From: Gammaproteobacteria bacterium
GTDB lineage: Bacteria > Pseudomonadota > Gammaproteobacteria > Eutrophobiales > Eutrophobiaceae
DNA: 64,000 bases
Assembly: GCA_965243205.1 (NCBI GenBank)
Contig: CBDEUK010000002.1
Span: 640,001-704,000, forward strand
Direction of reading: 5' to 3'
A model generated the notes under the pieces. The model did no database searches. It was not told the origin of the DNA and saw only the letters and a program-made list of their open reading frames with translations. Below are positions 28,661 through 42,224 of the stretch, piece by piece. Numbering within the stretch: the stretch's first letter is position 1; the number at the start of each line of letters is the position of its first letter. Position numbers and translations under genes: made by a program.

Positions 28661-31474
28661 TTACGCGTATAGCCTTGATTCACCATCGGCATCCACATTC
28701 TCGATACAGCGACCACACAATTCAGGGTGGGCAGAATGTTGACCAACGTCGTCTCGATAATGCCAACATCGAACACACTTAGTTGCCTTGGATTTAAATG
28801 CTTCAATACGTATGCTATTACCTAGTACTTCTGAATCATATTCAACAGCTGCTTCAGTTTGCTCACTTAACGGTTTAACCGTTGCTTTCGAAGTAATCAA
28901 TACAAAACGCAACTCTTCATTTAGGGTGTTCAAAGCCTCGGCAATCGTTTCGTCGCAATAGATAGTCACTTCAGCGTCCAGAGATGACCCAATGGTTTTC
29001 TCATTTCGTAAAGTTTCCAAAACTTGATTGACGCCATCACGCGTTGCAATGAGTTTATTCCACAATTGACGTTCTTCATCATTAAACTCAGCATCGAATT
29101 CGTCATACCAGTTTTTCACAAACACTGACTCATCATCACTGCCGGGAATATATTGATGAATTTCCTCAGCCGTAAAACTTAAGATAGGTGCTAACCAACG
29201 CGATAATGCTTGCACGATTTGATAAATCGCAGTTTGTGCAGAGCGTCTTGGTAAGCAATCTTCTTTTAAGGTATAGATGCGATCTTTAATAATATCGAGA
29301 TAGAAACCACCCATCTCAACCACACAAAATTGATGTAGCTTTTGATAAATTTGATGAAATTGATAATCATCATAAGCCGCTATGATTTCTTTTTGTAATG
29401 AGCGTGCTTGATCCACCGCCCAACGATCTAATTGTAATAACTCATTGCCTGCTACTTGATGTTGCTCAGGGTCGAAACCTTCTAAGTTTGCTAATAAATA
29501 ACGCGAAGTATTACGTATACGACGATAAGCATCAGCCATGCGCTTTAAGATTTCATCAGAGACTTTCATCTCACCACGGTAATCAGTAGCAGCGACCCAA
29601 AGACGTAATACATCAGCACCTAAATTATTGATAACTTTTTGAGGCGCTACGACATTACCTTTTGACTTAGACATTTTTTCGCCTTTAGCATCTACGGTAA
29701 AACCATGAGTTAATACTTCGTCATAAGGTGCTTTGTCACGAATAGCAATCGATGTTAATAGTGATGATTGAAACCAACCTCGATGTTGATCTGAACCTTC
29801 TAAATATAAATTTGCTGGAGCAGATAATCGGTCGTCATTATCTAACACAGAGTAATGCGTAATACCTGAATCAAACCAAACATCTAATGTATCAGTTACT
29901 TTTTCATAATCATCAGCATCATAAATTAAATCACCCACATCCATATCGAACCAAGCATCAATGCCCTGCTCTTCAATTTTTTCAGCAACTTTTTCAAATA
30001 TAGCTTCTGTATCAGGATGCAATTCATTCGTGTTTTTATTAATTAATACAGTGATTGGTACTCCCCAACTGCGTTGACGTGAAATACACCAATCAGGACG
30101 ATCACTGACCATTGCTTCAATACGTTGTTGTCCCCAATCTGGTAACCATTTGGTATTTTTAATTTCTGCCATAGCCATATCACGCAGATCATTATCATCC
30201 ATGCTAATAAACCATTGTGGTGTTGCACGAAAGATAACAGGTGTTTTATGTCGCCAACAATGTGGATAGCTATGTTGAATGGTTTCAGAAACGAACAAAC
30301 GATTTTTTTCTTGTAACACTTCTATGACATGTCCATTCGCTTTTAGAACATGTTCGCCGGCAAATAACTCTGTATCCGGTAAGAAGCAACCATTACTACC
30401 GACTGGGTTATAGACTTCTAAACCATATTGACTACCTACTACATAGTCATCGACACCATGACCAGGAGCAGTATGTACACAACCTGTACCAGCTTCTAAC
30501 GTAACATGCTTGCCAAGGATGATTGGAACTTGTCGATCATAAAAAGGATGTTGTAATAATAATTTTTCAATAGTACTGCCTTTAAATTCAGCAAGCACTT
30601 CTTGGCTATTACTATCGCTTCTGCCTAATACACTTTCTAATAAACCACTTGCCACAATGACACGTAGTTCATCCACTTGTACTAATACATAATCAAACTC
30701 AGGGTGAATCGCCACAGCTTGGTTTGCCGGCAAAGTCCAAGGAGTCGTTGTCCAAATAACAATAGAAAGTTCACCATCACCAACTGGAGCGGAATCTATA
30801 GCGTTAAAGAATGCAGCTTCATCCACAATCGGAAATAATACATCGATAGCAGGTGAGGTTTTATCTTGATATTCAACCTCAGCTTCGGCTAATGCTGAAC
30901 CACAATCCATACACCAATAGACCGGTTTTGATCCTTTCTTTAAATGCCCTGCTTTAACTATCTTTCCAAGACCTCGAACAATATTCGCCTCGGTTTTAAA
31001 ATCCATGGTTAAGTAAGGTTTATACCAATCACCTAACACACCTAAACGAATAAAATCTTCACGTTGCTTATCCACTTGCTTTTTGGCGTACTCACGACAC
31101 GCATCGCGAAACACTTTTGGCTCAACTTTAATGCCTGCTTTACCTATTTTCTTTTCGACCTGAAGTTCAATCGGTAAACCATGACAATCCCAACCAGGTA
31201 CATAGGGAGCGTTATAACCATTTAACGTTTGTGATTTAACAATAATATCTTTGAGTATTTTATTGACCGCATGCCCAATATGGATATCACCATTGGCATA
31301 AGGTGGGCCATCATGAAGAATAAACGGCTTAGCATCAGCTCGTTGTTCTCGAATCGTTTCATAAAGATTATTGTCTTGCCATTGTTTCAGCATCTTTGGT
31401 TCACGTTGAGCCAAATTCGCTTTCATTGGGAAATTAGTCTTAGGCAAATTTAAAGTGTGTTTATACTCAGTCAT
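28661..31474 (-). CDS. ileS: Isoleucine--tRNA ligase
   Basis: [28 protein letters not shown]-terminal zinc finger. Confidence 0.99.
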   Translation of the reverse strand: MTEYKHTLNLPKTNFPMKANLAQREPKMLKQWQDNNLYETIREQRADAKPFILHDGPPYANGDIHIGHAVNKILKDIIVKSQTLNGYNAPYVPGWDCHGLPIELQVEKKIGKAGIKVEPKVFRDACREYAKKQVDKQREDFIRLGVLGDWYKPYLTMDFKTEANIVRGLGKIVKAGHLKKGSKPVYWCMDCGSALAEAEVEYQDKTSPAIDVLFPIVDEAAFFNAIDSAPVGDGELSIVIWTTTPWTLPANQAVAIHPEFDYVLVQVDELRVIVASGLLESVLGRSDSNSQEVLAEFKGSTIEKLLLQHPFYDRQVPIILGKHVTLEAGTGCVHTAPGHGVDDYVVGSQYGLEVYNPVGSNGCFLPDTELFAGEHVLKANGHVIEVLQEKNRLFVSETIQHSYPHCWRHKTPVIFRATPQWFISMDDNDLRDMAMAEIKNTKWLPDWGQQRIEAMVSDRPDWCISRQRSWGVPITVLINKNTNELHPDTEAIFEKVAEKIEEQGIDAWFDMDVGDLIYDADDYEKVTDTLDVWFDSGITHYSVLDNDDRLSAPANLYLEGSDQHRGWFQSSLLTSIAIRDKAPYDEVLTHGFTVDAKGEKMSKSKGNVVAPQKVINNLGADVLRLWVAATDYRGEMKVSDEILKRMADAYRRIRNTSRYLLANLEGFDPEQHQVAGNELLQLDRWAVDQARSLQKEIIAAYDDYQFHQIYQKLHQFCVVEMGGFYLDIIKDRIYTLKEDCLPRRSAQTAIYQIVQALSRWLAPILSFTAEEIHQYIPGSDDESVFVKNWYDEFDAEFNDEERQLWNKLIATRDGVNQVLETLRNEKTIGSSLDAEVTIYCDETIAEALNTLNEELRFVLITSKATVKPLSEQTEAAVEYDSEVLGNSIRIEAFKSKATKCVRCWHYRDDVGQHSAHPELCGRCIENVDADGESRLYA

Positions 31475-31476
31475 TA

Positions 31477-32430
31477 TTATTTATTTTCAGTTACGTCATT
31501 TTTTCCAGCGTGGAATTCTCGGGCATTTTGTACATCAAGATCAATCTGTTTCTTCAACGCTTCTATTGAAGCTAGCTTTTGTTCATCACGTAAGCGGCTG
31601 TGGAATTCGATTTGAACCTTCTGACCATAAATTTCACCAGAAAAATCCAATAAATGGGTTTCAAGCAAGGTTTGTTTGCCGTTAAAAACAGGGCGAATAC
31701 CAATATTACTGACCGAAGGATAAATCTCACCGTTTTCCAGTCTAGTAGAAGTTACAAAAACACCTTTGATCGGTAATTTACGACGATTCAATTTTATATT
31801 TATGGTGGGGAAACCTAATTCACGCCCACGTTTATCACCATGAATCACACGGCCAGAGATTGAATATTGACGACCTAATAATTTATTAGCCAGAACAAAA
31901 TCTCCCTTAGTCAAAGATTCTCGAATCCATGTGCTGCTGATTCTGCTGCCTTCATGCTCACATCTAGCTGCTTGTTCAATCGTAAAACCATGTTGCTCAC
32001 CGAAGGCTTTTAATTCTTTAAATCCAGCAGAACGATTTTTCGCAAAACGAAAATCATCACCGATAATGATATGTTTGGTATTTAATCCTTCTAGTAATAT
32101 GTCTTTACAAAAATTATCACCACTTAGCTCAGCTAGTGTTTTATTAAATCCAAGTACAACGACATAATCAATTTCGGATTCTTGCATTATTACTAGTTTT
32201 TCTCTCAAGGAACTTAATCGTGTTGGCGCAACTTCTGGTTTAAAATACTCTAAGGGCTGTGGTTCAAAAAAAATCACCGCTGATTCACAATCCATTTCCT
32301 TAGCTTTATGTTTAACCTGTTTAAAAATTGATTGATGACCTAAATGACCTCCATCAAAATTACCAATTGTCACTACAGAAGGTGCCATTAGGTTTGAATT
32401 ATTTTTAGCTAAGTGCCTGATGATTCGCAT
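31477..32430 (-). CDS. ribF: Bifunctional riboflavin kinase/FAD synthetase
   Basis: [27 protein letters not shown]. Confidence 0.97.
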   Translation of the reverse strand: MRIIRHLAKNNSNLMAPSVVTIGNFDGGHLGHQSIFKQVKHKAKEMDCESAVIFFEPQPLEYFKPEVAPTRLSSLREKLVIMQESEIDYVVVLGFNKTLAELSGDNFCKDILLEGLNTKHIIIGDDFRFAKNRSAGFKELKAFGEQHGFTIEQAARCEHEGSRISSTWIRESLTKGDFVLANKLLGRQYSISGRVIHGDKRGRELGFPTINIKLNRRKLPIKGVFVTSTRLENGEIYPSVSNIGIRPVFNGKQTLLETHLLDFSGEIYGQKVQIEFHSRLRDEQKLASIEALKKQIDLDVQNAREFHAGKNDVTENK

Positions 32431-32435
32431 AAGGT

Positions 32436-33977
32436 TTATTCCGTTTTCAATAATAATTGATTTAAGCGAACACCAAACACAAATAGTGCACTGAAATAAA
32501 CTGCAGAACCTAAGACAACTAAAATAGCTAATCGCTTGATCCGATCAAACAAATCAGCCACTTCCCAAAAAGCAGCTTCAGGATTCACCATGTATAAACT
32601 CACTGCCATGAATCCCACACCTAAGAAAATTTGAAATAATAGGCGTCCCCAACCAGGTTGTATATGAATAACAGAATGTTTCTTTAAAGTATAAAACAAC
32701 AAACCTGCATTAACCGTTGCTGCCAATGATGTCGCTAAAGCTAAACCTGCATGCTTTAAAGGAAATACTAAAAGCAAACTTAAAATAATATTGACCACCA
32801 TTGCAAACACTGCAATACGTACTGGAGTTTTCGTATCTTGTCTGGCAAAAAAACCATTCGATAGCACTTTAACCAAAATCAAGCTCATTAAACCAATCGC
32901 GTAAGCAACTAAACTCTGCTGAGACATGACTAAATCATTAGCGGTGAATTCACCGTGAAAATAAATCGTCGAAATAAGCGGTCTTGAAATAATAATTAAA
33001 GCAACAGCAGCAGGCATGCCTATAATAAATACCCAGCGTAAAGCCCAATCCATTAATTTAGCAAACTCATTAGGCGAACCTTTCACATGTTGTTCGGAAA
33101 GATGTGGTAAGACAACTGTTGCTAAAGCAATACCAAACACACCGAGTGGAAATTCCATTAAGCGATCCGAATAATATAACCAAGAGATACTGCCCGAAAC
33201 CAACCATGAAGCTATGATCATACTAATCATAATATTTATCTGTGCAACTGAACCTGCAAATAATGTTGGCAACATTAATTTAAATACTTTTTGTACACCA
33301 GAATGTCGCCATTGAAATTTTGGCTTGGGTAGTTTTCGTATTTGCATTAAAAAAGGTAATTGAATCGCTAGTTGAACTATACCTGCAATCAATACTCCCC
33401 AGGCTAGCGCTGTGATAGGCTCTTCTAATTTAGGTGCTAATACAATCACTGCTAATATAATTGAGATATTCAATAACACGGGTGTAAATGCTGGCACAGT
33501 AAAACGCTTATAAGTATTTAATATTCCACCAGCCATTGCCGTTAGCGAAATCAACATTAAGTATGGAAAGGTAATCCGTAGCATGTCCACAGTTAATTCA
33601 AACTTACCTTCCTGTGAAGAAAAGCCTGAAGCAAAAACATAAATTAAAATGGGTGCGGCGATAATCCCAATAACTGTAATTAAAAATAAAATGCCTGCCA
33701 AAGTACCACAGACATAATCAATCAATTCTTGAGTTTCAGTTTCGTCTTTTACATTTTTATATTCAGATAGCACCGGTACAAAAGCCTGAGAAAAACCGCC
33801 TTCGGCAAATAAACGTCGAAAATAATTAGGTATTTTAAACGCTACAAAAAACGCATCTGTCTGATCTTTTGCACCAAAAAAATTGGCGATAATGACATCT
33901 CTTGCCAGTCCAGAAATTCTGGACAGTAGAGTCATCAAACCAACAATGGCAGTGGATTTAAACAGACGTTTGCTCAA
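32436..33977 (-). CDS. murJ: Lipid II flippase MurJ
   Basis: SRISGLARD, FRRLFAEG, DRLMEFPLG; upstream of ribF. Confidence 0.97.
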   Translation of the reverse strand: MSKRLFKSTAIVGLMTLLSRISGLARDVIIANFFGAKDQTDAFFVAFKIPNYFRRLFAEGGFSQAFVPVLSEYKNVKDETETQELIDYVCGTLAGILFLITVIGIIAAPILIYVFASGFSSQEGKFELTVDMLRITFPYLMLISLTAMAGGILNTYKRFTVPAFTPVLLNISIILAVIVLAPKLEEPITALAWGVLIAGIVQLAIQLPFLMQIRKLPKPKFQWRHSGVQKVFKLMLPTLFAGSVAQINIMISMIIASWLVSGSISWLYYSDRLMEFPLGVFGIALATVVLPHLSEQHVKGSPNEFAKLMDWALRWVFIIGMPAAVALIIISRPLISTIYFHGEFTANDLVMSQQSLVAYAIGLMSLILVKVLSNGFFARQDTKTPVRIAVFAMVVNIILSLLLVFPLKHAGLALATSLAATVNAGLLFYTLKKHSVIHIQPGWGRLLFQIFLGVGFMAVSLYMVNPEAAFWEVADLFDRIKRLAILVVLGSAVYFSALFVFGVRLNQLLLKTE

Positions 33978-34108
33978 CAGTGATATCCGAATGTGTAAAT
34001 AGTAATCGAGGTTTATTGTTATTAAATTAAAGTGCGAAAGGATAACATATTAGAGGCTGGCTAAGCACAGACGAGCCAAGAGGCTAAAAAATATAATAAG
34101 TGGAAAAG

Positions 34109-36400
34109 TTAGTTTTTACGCTTGAGAAGACCCAAAGCGCCTAAAGCAGCCATAAACATCCAAATTGATGCTGGCAGTGGGACAGGTTGCACTGAGGCAA
34201 TTAATCTAACCACATCGGTAGTTCCAATCTCATCAATCAAATACTGTAATTCCCAAAGAACGCCCTGGATGGTGGGTAAGTTTACGAGTGAGAAAACGCC
34301 TACAATAGAAGTCGCCGTTAAAATATCAAAGCTATCACCATCATTTGGAATAAAACCGTTGTATAAGACTACATCTAATGTTCCATCTAAAGTCGCTGTG
34401 CCGTCTACCTCTACAACATCGTATTCGGTTTCAGGTGTAATTCCGCCCAATTCAATCAACATAGAAGCATTAGTTTGCTGAGTGTAGTCACCACTAATAG
34501 TCAATAATCCAGGAGAATTGCCTGGAGATAAAATACCGCCTACATTGACCAAGCTTCCAAATATTTTTTCCGTAGATAAAGTACCTGCTGCGAAATCTAA
34601 TTGGCCTGTAAATCGGTTATCTATGACACGCGCGTTCACAACTCCACCATTGATAAACAGTATTCCTGTTGACCAAATGTTAATTCTATCTGCATTGGTC
34701 ACACCTCCAGTGATTTCGTAATAACCTTCACCAGAGTCATCTAATCCTGTCCCACCACCATTACCGAGCTCTAAACGATCTGTGGTATGTGTCCCACCAC
34801 CATTAACAAAGGTCGCATTACCCCTTTCGTCTTCCGGTAAATCTGGTGGTGAAGCTAATTCGGTCACTTCAGTAGTCAACGTTCCGCCTTCTAATGAATA
34901 CTGAGCCGTGCTTCCCGCACCCTCGGCAAAACTGAGTGCGCCAACATTATGATCACCACCAAAATGATCAAAAACACCTTCACCAAAATAACCAATCGTG
35001 GCACCGCTTGCTTGTACTGTTCCTGAATTTAGTTGGTAGTAACCTGCACTGCCAGCCTCGTTACCTAATTGCAATAATGTGTAATTGTTAGTACCACCAT
35101 TTTGAACAAGCTCTGCATTGGTGATACCAGTTCCATTACCTACTATCATGGAGCTGATAGAATTATTGCCTGAAAATGTAGCCTGTCCATCAACGATGCC
35201 ATGAGAGAAATTGGTATTCGATTGTGCTTCCAAAATGCCATCCTCTCCAACGATAAGCTGGTTTGCGCCAGTGACATTTGCTCCATTCAAGAGTCTTAAA
35301 ACACCCTCTTCAGCAATAATATCGCCCGCTAGAGTAATTAAACCGCTTAAGGTCTGAGTACCCAAGCGACCACGTTTGACTAAATTACCATCGCCGAAGA
35401 TTCGTCCTGAAAAACTGCCTTCTCCAATCGCTCCAAAGCCATCGTAATTCCCAATAACAAGCGTATTACCACCACTGATTCCAACGCGCGCATCGCCAAG
35501 ACCATTTCCTTTTAGACCATTTATGGCATCTGCCGAACCCATGCTGAAAATGACTCGAGCAGAATTATTGACTACCAGATCAGATGCATCTGCCAATCGA
35601 GCGCCAATGTCGATGCGTAAATCACCACTGTTTACAATGGTTTGACCAGTATAAGTATTAACAGCTCGTAGACTCACCCTGGCACCATTGCCACCAAATA
35701 TCCGCACATCACCCGATCCAGTTATCGGGGCAGAAACACGAATATCTGAACCATTCGAACGCAAACTGAGTCGATTACCATTGGTATTGATCGGGTCGGT
35801 AAAATTAAAGAAATACTGTTGGCCACTGAGTGTATTACCAGGTTCATTCACATTACTAGTTAAGATATCAATATTTGAACCCAGCACTATTGGAATATCA
35901 AATCGTGTGTCGTTCCTCAGTCCTCCTATTTCTATTGCCCTATGAAGCGTTAATCTCGCACCATTACGTGAATTGAAAAAAGCCTCGTCATAGCCAGAAT
36001 GCGGGAATACATCAATTAACATTGCACCCAGAGTCCAATTACGATCTAGGGTACTGGGAAATTCAATATCCGTTAAAATCCCATTTTCAAAATCCTCAGC
36101 GAACAATATTTCTGTATTTGAACCACTAGTGGGTAAGACACCCTGTTTCCAGTTCCCTGGATTCGACCAATAAGAAGCAGAAGTCACTTGAAATGGAAAA
36201 GTACCGGTAGTTTCATCAGGACGTCCTCCTAGAAAATGCGCTCGATCCATCGGCGGAGGTGCACCAGCAGCAACAGTGAAATTAGTAAAAGCTAATGAGG
36301 TAAAAATAAATATTTTACTTAACATTAAAATGCTAAGACTAGATGTATTGATAAAACTGAAAAAATATGGCTTTTTCACTGATTCGACTTCCTTACACAT
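34109..36400 (-). CDS. Gly-rich beta-helix (autotransporter-associated repeat) protein with VPLPA-CTERM sorting signal
   Basis: NTYTGQTIVNSGDL repeat, SPGNSPGLLTISGDY motif, C-terminal VPLPASIWMFMAALGALGLLKRKN; true start may be GTG 36379. Confidence 0.88.
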   Translation of the reverse strand: MCKEVESVKKPYFFSFINTSSLSILMLSKIFIFTSLAFTNFTVAAGAPPPMDRAHFLGGRPDETTGTFPFQVTSASYWSNPGNWKQGVLPTSGSNTEILFAEDFENGILTDIEFPSTLDRNWTLGAMLIDVFPHSGYDEAFFNSRNGARLTLHRAIEIGGLRNDTRFDIPIVLGSNIDILTSNVNEPGNTLSGQQYFFNFTDPINTNGNRLSLRSNGSDIRVSAPITGSGDVRIFGGNGARVSLRAVNTYTGQTIVNSGDLRIDIGARLADASDLVVNNSARVIFSMGSADAINGLKGNGLGDARVGISGGNTLVIGNYDGFGAIGEGSFSGRIFGDGNLVKRGRLGTQTLSGLITLAGDIIAEEGVLRLLNGANVTGANQLIVGEDGILEAQSNTNFSHGIVDGQATFSGNNSISSMIVGNGTGITNAELVQNGGTNNYTLLQLGNEAGSAGYYQLNSGTVQASGATIGYFGEGVFDHFGGDHNVGALSFAEGAGSTAQYSLEGGTLTTEVTELASPPDLPEDERGNATFVNGGGTHTTDRLELGNGGGTGLDDSGEGYYEITGGVTNADRINIWSTGILFINGGVVNARVIDNRFTGQLDFAAGTLSTEKIFGSLVNVGGILSPGNSPGLLTISGDYTQQTNASMLIELGGITPETEYDVVEVDGTATLDGTLDVVLYNGFIPNDGDSFDILTATSIVGVFSLVNLPTIQGVLWELQYLIDEIGTTDVVRLIASVQPVPLPASIWMFMAALGALGLLKRKN

Positions 36401-36563
36401 AAATGAGCATGTCTCTCAAGCTAACTCATTCTAGCATCTGATTAATATTTAATCAGTTTTAATTGTTTGATTGAAATTTATATCACTGGATTTTTAATCA
36501 CTCGAAATCGATAAAACAGCAATCAAATATTGAAAAATCTTTACGGATTAATGCCCGAATTGA

Positions 36564-36592
36564 TTGACAAATGCGGCTAAAATCCGCATATT
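36564..36592 (+). promoter_or_regulatory. sigma70 promoter of rpsT
   Basis: TTGACA-17 nt-CATATT then ACGCCCC discriminator. Confidence 0.65.
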
Positions 36593-36623
36593 ACGCCCCT
36601 TTTTAACGACCAGGAGTAAGACA

Positions 36624-36884
36624 TTGGCGAATATTGCCTCTGCAAAGAAACGAGCCCGTCAGGCGGTTACTCGTAACCAAAGAAATTCGAGCCAACGCTC
36701 AATGATGCGTACCTTCATGAAAAAGGTCATCAGTGCGATTGAAGCAAAAGACAAAGACGCTGCTACAGAAGCTTTTAAAACAGCCGCTCCATTATTAGAT
36801 AGAGCTGCAAATAAAGGTTTGATTCATAAGAACAAAGCCGCTCGCCATAAAAGCCGTTTAAACGCGCAAATCAACGCTCTATAA
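36624..36884 (+). CDS. rpsT: 30S ribosomal protein S20
   Basis: TTG start after AGGAG; [12 protein letters not shown]...[13 protein letters not shown]. Confidence 0.98.
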   Translation: MANIASAKKRARQAVTRNQRNSSQRSMMRTFMKKVISAIEAKDKDAATEAFKTAAPLLDRAANKGLIHKNKAARHKSRLNAQINAL

Positions 36885-36896
36885 AAGAATTCTATA

Positions 36897-36926
36897 ATCC
36901 AGATACTTAATAATCGGTATCTGGAT
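36897..36926. terminator. Hairpin between convergent rpsT and proB
   Basis: ATCCAGATAC-10 nt-GTATCTGGAT. Confidence 0.55.
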
Positions 36927-36931
36927 AATTC

Positions 36932-39077
<2,146 letters not shown>

Positions 39078-39092
39078 TTAAAACACTTCCAT

Positions 39093-39191
39093 AATCTTCG
39101 AATTACTTCGTTGCTCATCTTTCTGCGGTATTCATTTATTTTCATATAAATTCCATTCCTCGAAAAACTCGCGCCTTGTTCTCCGAAGATT
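39093..39191. repeat. About 100 bp palindromic (MITE/RPE-like) element
   Basis: Terminal inverted repeats AATCTTCG...CGAAGATT, central ATTTAT-TTTCAT-ATAAAT hairpin, less AT-rich than flanks. Confidence 0.4.
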
Positions 39192-39284
39192 CTGTCGGTT
39201 TTATTATTTGAGTAGTTTATGCATCAATGGTGTATATCGTATTTTTTGTCTTATTTCTTACTTATACACTTTTTCAAATTAAAT

Positions 39285-39311
39285 AAAAAACCCCGCAGAA
39301 GCGGGGTTTTT
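39285..39311 (-). terminator. Intrinsic terminator after rpmA
   Basis: AAAAAACCCCGC-AGAA-GCGGGGTTTTT. Confidence 0.88.
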
Positions 39312-39331
39312 ATACAAATTAGAATTGACCC

Positions 39332-39589
39332 TTAAACCGCTTCAATACTGACAAATGTACGGTTTTTCGGGCCTTTGGTTTCAAATACCACTTTACCATC
39401 TGCTTTCGCAAATAATGTGTGGTCTTTACCTAAACCAACATTTACTCCAGCATGCATTTTGGTGCCACGTTGACGAACTAAGATGTTGCCCGCTTTTACC
39501 ACTTGACCGCCAAAGCGTTTAACACCTAATCGTTTGGATTCTGAATCGCGGCCGTTTCTGGTACTACCGCCTGCTTTCTTATGTGCCAT
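39332..39589 (-). CDS. rpmA: 50S ribosomal protein L27
   Basis: [16 protein letters not shown]. Confidence 0.99.
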   Translation of the reverse strand: MAHKKAGGSTRNGRDSESKRLGVKRFGGQVVKAGNILVRQRGTKMHAGVNVGLGKDHTLFAKADGKVVFETKGPKNRTFVSIEAV

Positions 39590-39607
39590 TGTTATAAACC
39601 TCTGAGA

Positions 39608-40222
39608 TTAACTCTCTTTCATGAATTCTTTAGCTTGACTAACCCAATCATCACGTTCGATTCGGCCTTTAAAATTAAGCTCAGTATCAACTCGTTCGAT
39701 CTCTTCTTTAGTAAATTCAGCAATTTGCTTAAATGAAGTTATGCCTAATTTGTGCAGTTTACCTTCTAAGACAGGTCCAACACCAGAAATACGTGTTAAA
39801 TCATCTACCGCACCTGCTTCAGCAATAATATCGCGTTTTTCTGCTTTTGGCTTAGGAGCAGCCTTTGGTTTTGCTTCAGCTTTTGGAGCTGCTTTCTTTT
39901 TAGATGCTTTACCAACAGCGATATCAGTAATTTTTAATTCAGTATAAGACTGTCGGTGGCCCATTTGCTTACGATGATGCTTACGGCGACGAAATTTAAT
40001 GATTTTAACCTTCTTACCGCGACCATGAGCACTAACTTCAGCACTGACCACAGCACCATCAACGTATGGCTTACCAACGGTAACGTTATCGCCATCAGCG
40101 ACCATCATAACATCGTCTAATTCGACGGTTTTGCCCGCTTCTGCATCTAATTTTTCAACACGCAATACGTCTCCCTCAGAAACTTTATATTGCTTGCCAC
40201 CAGTTTTAATAATTGCGTACAT
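39608..40222 (-). CDS. rplU: 50S ribosomal protein L21 with C-terminal helix-hairpin-helix extension
   Basis: [14 protein letters not shown]...GHRQ, then Ala/Lys linker and [11 protein letters not shown]...[12 protein letters not shown]. Confidence 0.97.
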   Translation of the reverse strand: MYAIIKTGGKQYKVSEGDVLRVEKLDAEAGKTVELDDVMMVADGDNVTVGKPYVDGAVVSAEVSAHGRGKKVKIIKFRRRKHHRKQMGHRQSYTELKITDIAVGKASKKKAAPKAEAKPKAAPKPKAEKRDIIAEAGAVDDLTRISGVGPVLEGKLHKLGITSFKQIAEFTKEEIERVDTELNFKGRIERDDWVSQAKEFMKES

Positions 40223-40399
40223 CCGCATGTTCTCCGAAAAGGAAGTTACCCTAGAATTGAAGGGGCGAGATTCTATGAAATAAACCCTAGATATACAAGT
40301 ATAAAAGGCCATTTTCTGATAAATCTGCGCAGATTCATCGAATATTCACTTGGCTAGTAATCTCAGCATTGGCACAATAGCATTATTAGAGGAGATGAC

Positions 40400-41425
40400 G
40401 TGACCAACAGTTCGATTTCAAGCAATTCCAGCCCAGTTCGCCTTAGACCAGAAATGACCATTGAGGCCATTCGTGGCCTGATCAGTCAGGATATGGGCGA
40501 GGTAAATCAACTTATTCAACAGAATTTGCACTCTGAAATCGCACTTATTAATCAATTAGGCCACTATATAATTAATAGTGGCGGTAAACGCCTGCGCCCT
40601 ACTCTACATTTATTATGCTCAAGGGTATTTGCCTACAACGGCAACGATCACATCAAATTAGCCGCAATCTTGGAATTTATTCATACAGCTACATTGCTTC
40701 ATGATGATGTAGTAGACGCCTCTAAGTTACGTCGCGGACGTGAAACAGCCAATCAATTATGGGGTAATGAGGCCAGCGTTCTGGTCGGTGACTTTTTATA
40801 TTCTCGCGCCTTTCAAATGATGGTATCGGTCAACTCTATGCGTGTGATGGAAATTTTGTCTGAAACGACAAATATCATTGCGGAAGGAGAAGTATTACAA
40901 CTTTTGAACACACACGATCCTGATACTACTGAAAAATCGTATTTAGAAGTTATTCATAATAAGACCGCTAAATTATTTACTGCAGCCGCACAACTATCTG
41001 CCGTAATATCGAATGGGACAACAGAACAAGAAATCGCTATGGCAAATTATGGAAAACATTTAGGTACGGCATTTCAACTCATCGATGATTGTTTAGATTA
41101 TACTGCTGAATCTTCGCAACAATTAGGTAAAAACATTGGCGATGATTTATCAGAAGGAAGACCAACCTTACCTTTACTTTATGCCATGTGGCATGGCGAT
41201 GAATATCAATCTAAAATCATCCGTACCGCAATAGCAAATGGTGGACTTGAAAATATATCAACCATTCAAGACGCAATCATTAAAACAGGTGCAATTGAAT
41301 ACTCCAAACAATTAGCAAGGAAAGAAGCCGAGCTAGCAATCAATGCTTTAGAAATATTCGAATTCTCACCTTATGTAGAAGCCCTACAATCCTTAGCTAA
41401 ATATTCAGTAGAACGAGAATATTAA
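40400..41425 (+). CDS. ispB: Octaprenyl-diphosphate synthase
   Basis: GGKRLRP, LLHDDVVD, KTA, FQLIDD; divergent from rplU. Confidence 0.96.
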   Translation: MTNSSISSNSSPVRLRPEMTIEAIRGLISQDMGEVNQLIQQNLHSEIALINQLGHYIINSGGKRLRPTLHLLCSRVFAYNGNDHIKLAAILEFIHTATLLHDDVVDASKLRRGRETANQLWGNEASVLVGDFLYSRAFQMMVSVNSMRVMEILSETTNIIAEGEVLQLLNTHDPDTTEKSYLEVIHNKTAKLFTAAAQLSAVISNGTTEQEIAMANYGKHLGTAFQLIDDCLDYTAESSQQLGKNIGDDLSEGRPTLPLLYAMWHGDEYQSKIIRTAIANGGLENISTIQDAIIKTGAIEYSKQLARKEAELAINALEIFEFSPYVEALQSLAKYSVEREY

Positions 41426-41473
41426 AAATATAAAATTAATATTGCTCTATTATTTAGTAATCATGTTAGTAAT

Positions 41474-42205
41474 ATGAAATATATTTTTTCTATATTTATC
41501 ATATTTTTTTTAGTGAACGGATATTGTGAAACCAATAAGCAAAAAGATATCTATTTACTTATTGGGCAGTCAAATATGGCTGGTAGAGCACCCGTTTTAA
41601 AACAAGATATGTTGGAAATTAAAAATTGCTTTTTATTAGACAATCAAAGCATTTGGATTCCTGCCAAAAACCCTTTAAATATATATTCTTCTATTCGTGG
41701 ACCTAAAACGTCTCAAAAGCTTGGCCCTGGCTATAGTTTTTGTAAACACTTAACAAATATATATAAAAATAAAGAAGTAGGATTGATTGTAAATGCTAAA
41801 GGTGGAACGAAAATAGAAGAATGGTTAAAAGGAAAAAAATTCTATAATGAAATTATCTTCCGAGCTAAATCTGCTCAAGGAGGAAAGATTAAAGGTATTC
41901 TTTGGCATCAAGGAGAATCTAATATTGATGAGCCCTCCGAATATTTCGTCAATCTAAAAAAACTAATTTTCGATCTGAGAACAGATTTGAAAAACGAAAA
42001 ACTACCTTTCATAGCTGGAGAAATAAATAATGCGCCTATGTTAAATGCTCAGATTAGAAAACTATCTACTGAGATAGCTTATAGTTCGTACGTGAGCAGT
42101 ATAGATTTGAATACTTTTGATCAATGGCATTTTGATAACCCAAGCATAAATAAGTTGGGTAAAAGATATGCTTTAGAAATGATTAAGCTACTTAATAACT
42201 ATTAA
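41474..42205 (+). CDS. Exported SASA/CE6-like carbohydrate acetylesterase
   Basis: GQSNMAG, WHQGES, DxxH (DQWH); signal peptide. Confidence 0.88.
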   Translation: MKYIFSIFIIFFLVNGYCETNKQKDIYLLIGQSNMAGRAPVLKQDMLEIKNCFLLDNQSIWIPAKNPLNIYSSIRGPKTSQKLGPGYSFCKHLTNIYKNKEVGLIVNAKGGTKIEEWLKGKKFYNEIIFRAKSAQGGKIKGILWHQGESNIDEPSEYFVNLKKLIFDLRTDLKNEKLPFIAGEINNAPMLNAQIRKLSTEIAYSSYVSSIDLNTFDQWHFDNPSINKLGKRYALEMIKLLNNY

Positions 42206-42224
42206 AATTAATAGAGACAACAAT

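Noticed and set aside
36564-36623. 20-aa N-terminal extension of S20 in the ORF track
   Set aside because: This is the promoter/RBS region; the TTG at 36624 follows AGGAG
40223-40312. N-terminal extension of L21 in the ORF track
   Set aside because: Canonical MYA start at 40222; the upstream part is leader/promoter
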